Below, in pieces: positions 38,103 through 49,600 of a stretch of DNA of 64,000 nt; position 1 is the first letter of the stretch, and every line of letters starts with the position of its first letter. The DNA is from Peribolospora baueri. Taxonomy: Eukaryota. A program made the translations under genes and the position numbers. The notes beneath the pieces were generated by a model. It did not search any database and was not told the origin of the DNA. It saw only the letters and a program-made list of their open reading frames with translations. The stretch lies in the NCBI GenBank assembly GCA_029717555.1, contig JAMDHS010000049.1, forward strand, positions 62,001 through 126,000, read 5' to 3'.

Positions 38103-41100
38103 ATGCCCCTCCTCCAGTTTGCGCCCTTCTCGGCTGTTGTCCATCCTTCCTTCTGGCATACTCTTTCCCAGCTCAAAATCGACGTACTTCGCCTTGACGA
38201 CAAGCCACAGTCGCTCCGTGCCTACTACTCCACTGGTAGGACGGCCAAGGATCGCACTACCGGCGAGCAGGTCGCGCTCGCGTGCAGCTTGAATGCTGAT
38301 GGCGATGCTCTTGACGCTAAGGCTAAGTAAGTTGATGTACCGGGGAGGGAGGGCGGGTGTTCTCATTTGCGGGTTTAGGAAAGCGCGACTGATGGGGACG
38401 TCGATCGCTATTTATGTCCGATTCTTTCCATTCCGTTTCACGATGCGCAACGAATGTACGACCGACGCTGCAACAGCTTGCCAGCCAACACCTGCCCTTC
38501 CCAAGGCTCTCTAAAAAATTTCAACACCATAGAGGAATTCAAGAAGGCCGACAAGCAAGCCATCTTCGATGCTCTCGCCGACGAGGTCTGTGTCTATCGT
38601 CTTTTGCTCTTCCCTGCACGTTCACTTGGATTGCTATCGGACTGCTATCCTTTCAAGCGATCGTATGGTAGAACAATATCGCTCACCAGGATGCTTCTTT
38701 TGCAACTCGACTTTGACCCTGTCTCCATGTGCGCACAGATCTACGAAGCTTTTAAGACCTCTCCTGACCCCGTATCCTACATCACCCGTTTTCTCGTGCT
38801 CACCTTTGCCGACCTGAAGAAATATCGCTTCTTCTACTGGTTCGGATTCCCCGCTTTCATATCCAAACCGGCCTGGGAAGTTGAAGTGGCCGAAAGCCGG
38901 ACTGAAATTGAGGGAGGCCTTGCTGGATGGAAGGGAATTCAAGAGCTGGGCCCGCAGAAGGTGAGGGCGTTCGTCGACCCGCGTGCGAAATGATGACACA
39001 TTGAAGTGCTTTACCACACACCGGACTCTTTTCCATTCACAGACAGCCGCGTTACAAGAAGCCATTGCGAGCCATAGAAGAGCGCTCGATGCGGCCTCGG
39101 CGGACGGCGCCTTCTTTCTCGTCAAACCCTCCTCCTCGTCTTCGTCTGATTGGGTTGTTGGCAAGATTGTCGACTATGATGTCTTCTTCAAGGACGTGCC
39201 TGAGTCAGAGGTAAGCATGGGCGGTCAAAAGCCCGTGCATCCCTTGTGCTCGCTGCTTCAGTGCTGAAGACGAAGTCAAATCCGACGCTCACTCGTTTTC
39301 CGTTTGTCCACTTGGCCGCTCTTTCAGTGCCTTGTAGTATTCGTAGATCCTTCCGCCCAGCAGAATCTTCCTGGATGGCCGCTACGTAATGTGCTCACCC
39401 TTCTCAACATCCGCTTCGGCGTGCGTCGGGCGCGAATCGTGTGCTGGAAGGACGAGCTCAGCGCTGCGGACTTTGGTCAGGGAAGCAGGAGCACGTTGGC
39501 TTGGGTCAAGCTGCCAGAAGGCGCCCAAGAGAATGGTGGGCTATGTTTCTCTTTGTTCCAACTAGCCCCGTTTCCCCTAATGTGCAGGCTCACAATGTTC
39601 TCGTTCCGTGTCACGAATCAGCGAGTCAACATGCGAGGCCGCAAGCTGTGGGATGGGAAAAGAACGCCCACGGCAAACTTGGCCCGAAGATGGCGGATCT
39701 GGCGCCCATGATGGATCCGAAGAGGTTCGTTCCTAATCATAAACACTTTCCTTTGCTCCTTCGCTCGCATGCGTCGTCGCTGAGCAGCTCATCCTGATAT
39801 TTTGTGGTCCCCGCTGTTTTATTATTCCCCGCTCGATCAGGCTGGCTGACCAAGCTGTCGATTTAAACCTCAAGCTTATGCGTTGGCGTATCCTTCCCAG
39901 CCTAGACCTGGAAAAGGTCCAGTCGGCCAAATGTCTCCTCCTCGGAGCTGGAACGTTAGGCTGCTACGTCGCTCGGACGCTCATGGTAGGCGCACGCCCT
40001 GAGCGTTCATTCCACTCTTGCTCAGGTGGAGAGGCGCGCTGATCCGATAGTCTCGTCTGTCTTCATTCGACTCCATTTACAGGGCTGGGGCGTACGCCAA
40101 ATCACGTTCGTCGATTCGGCTCGCGTCTCGTTCTCGAACCCTGTTCGCCAGCCGCTGTTCGAATTCGAGGATTGTTTGGAGGGTGGGAAGCTTAAGGCGG
40201 CCTGTGCCGCGGAGCGGCTCAAGAAGGTGTATCCTGGAGTGGTGAGTGTCAATTGCCACCCTGCTTCGTATGCCTCCGGTTTGGCCGGTGTATGCACTGA
40301 TATCAATCTATACCCGCGCGACGTCAATATTCTGTATCCTCGTTCACCGAACAGAACGCAACAGGTCATCATCTCTCCATTCCCATGCCGGGACATCCGG
40401 TTCCCGAGGTTTCAGTGGCGCAAACCGAGAAGGACGTACAGAAGCTCGAGCAACTGGTAGATGAGCACGACGTCGTCTATCTGCTCATGGATTCCCGGGA
40501 GAGCAGGTGGCTCCCGTCACTTCTCGGAGCGGCAAAGGGGAAGGTGCGGGGTTTGCTGTCGCTTTGCCTTTCTTTGTTGTGACTCAACTTTTGCCCTGCT
40601 GAGTCGCGTTCAATCTAACCATCTGGTCTTACTTATGTGCACAGCTTGTCATGGACGCCGCTTTAGGTTTCGACACTTACCTCGTTATGCGTCACGGAGC
40701 ATCGCCGGATGGGCAGATAGACGAGGATCAGATGAAAAAGCCCCCTGCAGAGCGCAGGCTCGGATGCTATTTCTGCAACGACGTCGTTGCGCCTACTGAT
40801 GTGAGTGTCTTCTCGATCGACCTTAAAGAAGCGCGGAGTAAGGCAGACTGGGAGGAAAGGACCATTAGTCTAACGGGCTCTCTCACGTTCGTTCCCTTGT
40901 GCTGCTGTATAGTCTTTGACGGACCGTACGCTAGATCAGATGTGTACCGTTACGCGCCCCGGTCTAGCGGCCCTGGCGGGTGCGTCGGCGGTCGAACTAA
41001 TGGTTTCGGTCTTGCAACATCCGAAGGGGTGAGCGCGTCTCTTTCACCACGAAAGGGCCATTTACCTTTATCGTCGGAATGTTCATAACAGGCTGATCTG

Positions 41101-41509
41101 ATCTCTTTCGTGTCATTTTGGATGACTTGACAGCGTCGCCGCTCCTGCCTCTTCTTCGCCCAACGAGGCGGCCCCCTCCGCCACGGCCTACAAGGATTCG
41201 TCCTCCGGAGCGACCTCGGGCTCTGTGCTGGGTCTAGTGCCACACCAGATCCGAGGCTACCTCTCCCAATTCTCCAACATGCTCGTCACCGGACAGGCCT
41301 TCTCTCAATGCACCGCCTGTTCCTCTCGCGTGGTGGACGAGTATCGCGCGGCCGGGTTCAGCATGCTGCTCAACGCTTTCAATGACGACGGGTACTTGGA
41401 GCGGCTCACTGGGCTGGACAAGTTGCGGGAGGAGGGAGAGAAGATGATGGAGAATCTGGACTGGGAGGAAGAGGAAGAAGAAGGCGAGGGGGAGGGAGAG
41501 CTGCTCTAA
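38103..41509 (+). CDS. ATG7: Autophagy E1-like activating enzyme, multi-exon
   Basis: [102 protein letters not shown] (catalytic Cys). Confidence 0.97.
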
Positions 41510-42018
41510 TCTAGCACCATCACCTCTTATACCTTGATACCATGGCCAAGACGCTGTTCAGCCCGTCACCCCTTTCGTTGTTTCTCACATCCATTCACGT
41601 TTTGCTACGTTCAGCGATTGCCCGAAATGGTATTCCGTAACGACACACTGCAACGTTCCACGCCCGTGATCAAGTTTCAGGCCCGATGGGATCTGTAGGC
41701 GATAAGCTGGGCGGAGGAGTCGCCGGAAGCCGGAAGCCGTCGTGTCAGACAGGCGTGACGTTGGGGAACGCCTGCGCTAGACGCTGCTCTGCCACATCCT
41801 CGACAATACCCTTCCGTAGTCGTCTCGCAACTCTTTCGATACCCCGGGCCAAATTCCGAACATTAGAGTACAGTCTATCAGAATGGGGCGAAGAAGGAGA
41901 GTGGTACAGAACCGAGAACGATTCGTTCGAACCAGCGGCGATAGACAGAAATGCCCCGTAATCATCTCTGGCAGAGCGACAATCCACATGTCCAGGCGCC
42001 CCTGCATCTTCGGCTAGC

Positions 42019-44123
42019 TCAGAGCCTGCGACGGCCACCAATGGACGACGCCCAGCCGGAGGCGTTCTCGAAGCCATTCTGGCCGAGTTGGACTGAATGG
42101 GAGGAGGGCGGTGTGCGGCAGACATCAGCACCAGTGTGTGCAGAAAGCAGAAATTGCATCGGAAGAGGGGTTAAGTCGAAGCCTTGGTTGGGCTACTCAC
42201 AATCCTGCATGGCCTCGATGATCTCCTTGCGAGAAGTCATGACGAAGGGACCGTACTGCCGGGCAAGTCAGGAGTAAAGACGGTGTCAGCACCTCCCTGA
42301 AGCCATGGACAACAAGTTTTTTAAATGGGGGAGGAAGACACGCCAAAACGTACCTGCACAACCTCCTGATCGAGGGGCTCCCCAGCAATGACGACGAATC
42401 TAGCACCCTCGCTCCCTGTAGCCTCCACGACCTCCACACCGTCTTCCTGAGGCAGGGTGGAAGGATCGACGGCCTTCTCGGTGAAGGCCTTGTTAGTAAG
42501 GACGAGGGTGTGGAAAGGCGGGTAGGCTTTGAGGGGGTTGGACGTCGAGGTGCCGACGTTAATGGAGCCTGAGAGCGTATAAATGAAAGCATTCCAGCCC
42601 TGTTGTGTCCGGCGAGTCGAGCGACAGGCGGTGCGGAAAGAATTAAGCGTCAGAAAGACCGTGGCAAAGAGAGGCAACAAGAAAGGGTTGAGCAGGAGGA
42701 ACGAAAGTGAAGAAGGCTCACCTTGGGCAATCTTTGGAAAATCCGTCCGCCCTTCTCGAGATTCACGTCGAAATACCAGCACCCTCCCTTCTCCGGGCTC
42801 CGCACGGGGCTCTCCACGCCGTGGCTGACGCCTGAGATGACCTTGACCTCCCAACCGTGTCCCTCTTCCTCTTCGCTGCCCTGCGAGGCGTCCAACTTGG
42901 CCAGCTCCTCTGTTGATCGCGGCTTGGCTGTCGGAATCTCCGAGGCGCGGTACTCTTGGTAAGAGGGAGGGGCCATCTTTGCGTGCGCGGGCAAATCGAC
43001 CCTGAATGCGAGGGGTGAAAAAGAGAAGGGACGTCAGGACTAGCGGAGCACGATGGATTGAGAGGATCGTGCGTGACGGCTTACCAGAGCTGCAGGCCGA
43101 CTGGGTCAGGAAGCCGAGTCGGAGGGTTGGTGGACTTGTCCCAATGCAGCGGCATTTCGGCGTGCATGATCTGCGAGCGGAAAAAGCGAGCGATCAGAGC
43201 AAGAACACCGATTACTGCACAAGGTGCATGGCTCCAGAGACAGAGCCATAGTCAACACTCACTCCTCTTCCAGCGATCATCCATTGAAGATCGCCAACGC
43301 CGATGACACCCTTGTGGCCAGCAAAGTCCTCGTGCTGGAATTTGCCCTGGTTTTCGGTAAGGCATCATTTATATCCACAACAAAGAGTCAGCGCCATGCG
43401 AAGAGAAAAGGCAACGAAGACGACACCGGGCGAATCACACGCATGAACGCACATCGGTCATATAAGTGACTGTAGCTTGACCACGGTGCGGGTGGTCAGG
43501 GAAGCCGGCACCTTCGCTAACGCAGAAGTTGTCGAGCATCAAGAAAGGGCTAAGGTTGCGGAGTGACGGGGTGCCAATGGAGCGACGGACAACGGCGCCC
43601 TTGCCTTCGGGCGTCTGCGAACGGTGAGAAAAGGCGCCAGAAGGGGCAGGCAGGAGACCACAGATGAAGAAGACGACACCTCATGTCAGTTTGCCTGTTC
43701 TGGAGGAGTCGCTAGGCAGCTCACCCCAAGCCCATTCTTTAACTTCCACCGAGAACGTCCACCTGAAATCTTCCAGCTCATGTCACCCAAGGTGGGGCTC
43801 TCCATCGCCGCCGGGACGGGCGCCTCGCCTGTGGCGGTCGAGCTCTTCGTAGTATTTGCAACAGCAGCAGCGGCAGCCCCTACAGAAGCAATAGAAGCTC
43901 CGCTCACCTCGATGGCCTCGACCGCCTTGGCTACGGTGCGCGAGAGGAGACGAGCGGCCATGTTCCGAATGTCGTGATCGATCGGTCGGGACGGGTTCAA
44001 GTCCGTGTTGATAGCGGTGCGGGGAGAGAACGCGGGAAGATTGGATCGCCTAATGAGCACGAAAGCGAGAAGAGCGGCAATCAAGGAGGTGAGAAGCGCG
44101 AACTTGGACAAGGGTAGTGACAT
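42019..44123 (-). CDS. Pirin-family bicupin, multi-exon; alternative in-frame start at 43961
   Basis: EGKGAVVRRSIG, PFLMLD, GFPDHPHRGQATVTY, GDLQWMIAGRGIMHAEMP (His-His-His-Glu metal ligands), GLQLWVDLP, IAGEPLDQEVVQYGPFVM. Confidence 0.93.
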
Positions 44124-44171
44124 GGAAATAGGAAAGAAGAGGCGTCTCGCCGTTCACTGCTCACAGGTACC

Positions 44172-44177
44172 TTTATA
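44172..44177 (-). promoter_or_regulatory. Candidate TATA box of the pirin gene
   Basis: TATAAA on the minus strand about 50 nt upstream of ATG 44123. Confidence 0.4.
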
Positions 44178-44313
44178 TGTACACTCGACAGCGTGCGGAG
44201 TGGGCTGACCAGCTACGCCGGTGGTCCGTCCGTCCGGCTGACATCAGCGACTCCGGTCGGGGATAAGCCGGAAAAATGGATGTTCGGCTGTTCGGCCGGC
44301 CCAGGGAGCAACA

Positions 44314-44357
44314 GGGTTAGGGTTATAACAACTGCTACAGTTCTGTGACCCTAACTC
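44314..44357. promoter_or_regulatory. Inverted telobox (TTAGGG...CCCTAA) element in the pirin/RPS21 divergent promoter
   Basis: GTTAGGGTTA (44316-44325) and TGACCCTAAC (44346-44355), 110-150 nt upstream of the RPS21 ATG. Confidence 0.5.
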
Positions 44358-44464
44358 GACCCCCAGCCAAGGATGCCGCAGCAGGCTCTTCGCGCCCGGT
44401 CCATCATCGGATGGCCTAGGCAGATGAGCCAGATCGAACGTTTCGCACATCACTCAAGGCCAAG

Positions 44465-45175
44465 ATGGAAAACGACAAGGTGCGTAGGGTGGACGAGCAA
44501 GTGGGCCAGAGAAGTGGAGAGCCGAGCTTGCGAGACGGATGCCATGTGCGAGATTGGTAGGGAGGGCCACTTCGACTGACGACCTGTTTGCTTGCTGCTC
44601 TTGCGCCGTTCGCCTTGTGGATCGTCATCTCTCCCTCCTCGTCCGTCCGCACCTTGTATGAACACGACGACTGAAACGCATGACAGGGCGAACTCGTCGA
44701 CCTCTACGTCCCGCGCAAGTGCGCCGCCACCAACCGGATCATCCAGGCCAAGGACCACGCCTCCGTGCAGATCGTCGTCGCCGACGTCGACGAGTCCGGC
44801 AAGATGATCCCCGGCAAGAACACCACCTTTGCGCTCTCCGGCTTCGTTCGCGCTCAGGGCGAGAGCGATGACTCTCTTAACAGGCTTGCCACCGAGGCTG
44901 GTCGTGAGTGTCTGGTTTTCAGTGTGATTCGGTGGGAAGCGGGGAATGTGTGCTAGACTCGGCTGGGCTCGAAGGGAAGGGCTGAAGAAGAGACGAGGAG
45001 ATGGGGGTTGGGGTTGGGGCGAGGGAAAGGGAAAGGAGGCCGTTGTAGTTGCAACTGCCGCCATCTCATCGCCGACAGTATGCTGTCGGACGTGGCTGAT
45101 CGTTTTCGCATTGAACTTTTTTCGTTTGCCCCCTACTCTCCAGTTCTCCGCAACGTTTGGAGCTACCAGAAGTAG
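44465..45175 (+). CDS. RPS21: 40S ribosomal protein S21 (eS21). Introns 44480-44686 and 44904-45143
   Basis: [34 protein letters not shown]...[26 protein letters not shown]. Confidence 0.97.
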
Positions 45176-46693
45176 ACGACCCACCTTCTCCGACGGGGTG
45201 GTTTGGAGGGATGGCGCCAGCTTGTACAATACTCGAGTGCAGTGGGAAGCCCGATCTACATCTATTCCCGAAGCTCGTCCATCCATCATCGTCTGGCTTG
45301 TACGTCCGAGAGAGTAGCAAGCGACCTTGGCATACGTCGGGCAAAAAGTTTTGTGAGAGAAATTGGGCGTTCGTTCGTGACGTTTTTTTCCGCGGATACT
45401 ACGGAGGAGACGCGACGACGGTCGAGGTCTAGGATCCGAAAAAAGTGGGCGCCGCCTGCGTGGTCCGCTCTGCGAGCGTGCATGGCGTCGCTCTCAAGTC
45501 GGAGAGGACGGAAGACGGTCGGTCGGTTGCTGACCTGACCGAGTCGACCGACCCGGTGACCGCGCCCCGTCGACGTCTTTCTCTATCCCGGGGAAGGGCC
45601 GCATGGTGATCGTGTGCGAGACTAGCGAAGAGAAGATGGGGTAGGAGGGTGAACGACGATCAACTCATCAGCGTACGTCCGCAAGGCAACGTGAAAAGAA
45701 AAGAAAAGAAAAGAAAGAGGGGAGGACAGGGGAGGGTAGGACAGGGGAGGGTAGGACAGGACCACCACGTGATCTTTGGGCGAAGCTAAGACAGACATCG
45801 ACTGAGGGAGGGGAAGGGACGGCCCGCATTGCTGCTCCCATTTCTTGGGCGCAGTGATCAAAAAGAAAAGGTGCCAAGGACGCGACGCGACGGGCCAAGA
45901 GTTCCCTCTTCTCAAGTTCGGTTCTCATCCGTGAAATCTCCATCGATCTTGGGGGTCAGGGCGTAAAAAAAAAAAAGAAGACTGATGTACAGGCGATGTA
46001 GTGCGAGCGAGTGAAGAAAGGGAGGCGCGAGGGAAAGCGAGAGGGGAACGAGACCTCTTATAGGGAACAGGAGGGAGACGAGGAGGGATAGGGCTGGAGG
46101 GGATGCTCCGGATAATAGGAGACGGGCATAGAACGGTACGAGCGTTTGCGAGGTCGTGGAGAAAATATAAAGACGGGGGGGCACAACGGACGGCATACGA
46201 AAGGGAGGAAAGGAACGACGAAAAGAGAGAAGAGAAGAGGGGGGGGGGGGCATCAAAACACACTCGCAAGGAGTGCAGATACAGGACGAGCAGAAGAACG
46301 GATTCCACGAGCACACGCACGGACTTCCAAAAAGAAAAAGGGAGGAAAAAAAAAAAAGGCGAGCGAGCGAGCGAAGGGAGGAGCCGAAAATCCAGAATGA
46401 AGATCGACGGCAATGCGATGGATGGGATCGGGCCTGAAAGAGGAGGAAATGGATGTGGACCTGGACGGACAGGCGAGGGGAGGTAGGGGTGGAGAAGGGT
46501 TGGAAGAGAGGAATGGAAAGGGGGAAAAGGAAGGGTATGGCGAGGCCCGACGGGGTGCGAGAGCGTACATCCTGCGAACCACACTACGACCGCTACGGCC
46601 ATCGGCCGTAGACAACCGACGGCGACGACGGCTGCCAAGAAACAAGAGAACCCACGGTCCGAAGGGGGTGGTATATGAGCGGCGCTCCACCGC

Positions 46694-49600
46694 TCAGCTG
46701 CGAAGGGACCCCATTCGGGTGGCGGCGGAGCGCTCGAGCGTCTTGCGGAGCGTGTTGAGCAGGTCGAGCTTCTTGAGCGGCTTTGCGACGTACCTGGGGG
46801 CGAGGGAGGCGTAGGCGGAACGTTTGGTCAGTACGGAGAACCTCGCCGATCCGGATACCAAGCGACGCCAGGCGATACGGCCGAACACTCACTCGTCCAT
46901 GCCGGCCATCATGCATCGCTCTCGGTCGCCGATCATGGCGTGTGCGGTGAGTGCGACGATGGGCGTCCGCTCGGCGCCCGCTTCTTCCTCCCATTTTCGC
47001 TGTGTCACAAACGAAAGAAAGAAAAAGGACAAAGGTGGGCGACGAACGCAGGCAGCCACGACCGGGGCGAGCGTTCCACTCACGATGATCTCCGTCGCTT
47101 CGATACCACCCATAAACGGCATGCTCACGTCCATGAGACTGAACGGACAACGCAACGGCAAACGAGTCGTCCGTCAGCAAGCCAGCACCATATCGACTCG
47201 CCGCCGTCTCTCGTAAAAAAAAAAAAAAAAAAGACCACCACGTCGAGCCGGCACTCACATGACGTCAAACTGTCTTCGCTTGACGGCCTCAACGGCGAGG
47301 GCGCCATTGTCGACCACCTGGACCTTGTGACCGGACTTTTCTAGTATCTTGCACGCCAGCTTTTGCTGTGGGACACAATCGCAGGGAGGGGAGAGATGAA
47401 TGAAAGCACGCGTCAGTCCGACACCTCCCCATGGCGGCGAATGCGAGAAAAAAACTCACGTTGACCACGTTGTCTTCGGCCAGGAGGATATCAAAAGACA
47501 CGTCGTTCCTCGTCTCGCCGACCTCGGAGGTAGAGCTTTCGAGCGAAGGCATGAGGGCGTAAGAGAGGTCGGCCAAGCTGGTGGGCGTGTTGATGTAGGA
47601 GGAGATACCGTAGTCGAGGCAGTAGGTGAGGTTGAGCTGGAGGGTGGCGGGAGAGACGAGGTTGATGGGAATGTAGCGAAGGTGTTCGATGCTGCGCAGG
47701 CCCTCGACGACGGAGAGCGAGTCGGCGATGATGGCGTCGATCCGCGGCGTACCTCTCCTACGCTGGGCCGCCTCCTCGAGCGAGTGGACGGTGGTGACCT
47801 TGAGCTGGAGGTCCTCGAGCATGAGTCGGACTTTGGTGGTGTCGTGAAGCGTGTCGAGATAGAAGATGTTGCGACCGGCGTAGGGCTCGATCTTGTGGGC
47901 CACCGTCTCGTCGGAGATGTGGTCGAGCTGGACGAGCATGGTGAAGAAAAAGTCGGAGCCCTGGCCGTAGTTGGAGCGGACCCACAAATCGCCTCCCATG
48001 AGGTTGACGAGCCGGCGAGAGATGGAGAGACCGAGACCGGTGCCGCCGTATTTCCTGGTCGTCGAGCCATCGGCCTGGCAGAAGGTGTCAAAGATGAGGT
48101 CGAGCTTGTCCTGCTTGATGCCAATGCCGGAATCGGAGGCGCAGAACTCGAGGAGGGCGTGGGTGGGAGAGACCATCTTGTCGAGTCGGCACTTGAGCGC
48201 CACTCGTCCGCCGGCGTCGGTGAACTTGACCGCGTTGCCGATCAGGTTGGTGATGATCTGCTTGAGACGCAAGGCGTCGCCGACGATGGCGTCGGGACAG
48301 TCGGGAGCCACCTCGTACATGAGGTTGAGTTTTTTCTGCGTCGCGCGGACGGACAGCGTCTTGAGAACGCTGAAGACGACGCCGCGGAGGGAGAAGGGGA
48401 TCTCCTCTACGTCCATTCGGCCAGCCTCGACTGGGAGGGGCGACAAGATGGAAGAAAGGAACGAACGAACGAAAGAACGAAACGCGGTTAGACAACAAGT
48501 TGGCAGCGAAAAGCTCGACCAGACTAGATAAAACGGCGAGCTCACTCTTAGAAATATCCAAAATATCATCAATGATGGCCAACAAGTTACTCGCCAACGT
48601 CGAAACAGTGACCAAATTCTCTCTCTGGCCGCGGGAAAGGTCAGATTCGAGGGTGAGAGAAGTCATGCCGATGATACCGTTCATCGGCGTCCGAATTTCG
48701 TGGGACATGTTCGCCAAGAATTCCGACTTGGATCGGTTCGCAAGCTCCGCCGCTTCTCTGGCCGCCGTGTTCTTCTGGATCGAGTCGCGGAGCGAGTAGA
48801 CCATTTGGTTGATCTTTGTCTTTAGCGAGTCCATCTCACCGCTCGCCTCGACGGTGACGAATCGCGTAAAGTCGCCGTCCGTCGCCGCGGCCGTGATTTG
48901 AGCAAAGGCGCGCACTTGAGAAGTGAGGTTGTTTGCCTATCGGAGACGGTCGGTCAGTTTCAGACGATAGCCCTCTCTCGACAAGGAGGATAAAAAAGCG
49001 TCGATGGGACTCACCATAATGTTGACGTTCTCCGTAATCTCTTCCCACGTACCCTCCAAGTCGTTCTTTTCCGCCTGCACGCCGAGTTTGCCCTCGGTAC
49101 CTACCTCCCTCGCCACACGCGTCACCTCCGAGGCGAAAAAGGACAGCTGATCGATCATCGAGTTGATAGTATTGACAAGATCGAGCATCTCTCCAGCGAC
49201 GGGAATGGTAACTTTTTGAGTAAGATCACCTCTAGCGACGGCGGTGGTAGCGTGAGCGATGGCACGGACTTGGAGGGTGAGGTTGGAGGCCATGGTGTTC
49301 ACCGAGTCGGTAAGGTCCTTCCACGTCCCGCCGACGCCTAGCACCGTCGCCTTTCCGCCTAGCTTTCCTTCCGTTCCCACCTCTTTGGCCACACGAGTGA
49401 CCTCGGTGGAGAACGTGCGGAGTGACTCGACCATGTTGTTCACCGTCGACTTGAGCTCGAGGATCTCCCCTTGAGCGTCCACTTCGATCGTCTTGTTCAG
49501 ATCGCCGCGGGCCACCGCAGTGGTGACGGCGGCGATGGACCGCACTTGGCTCGTCAGGTTGCTGGCCATCGTGTTGACCTTTTCCGTGAGCACCTGTGTG

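Noticed and set aside
41745..42131. 128-codon minus-strand ORF overlapping the last pirin exon
   Set aside because: Begins inside a pirin intron in another frame; the pirin frame ends normally at 42019.
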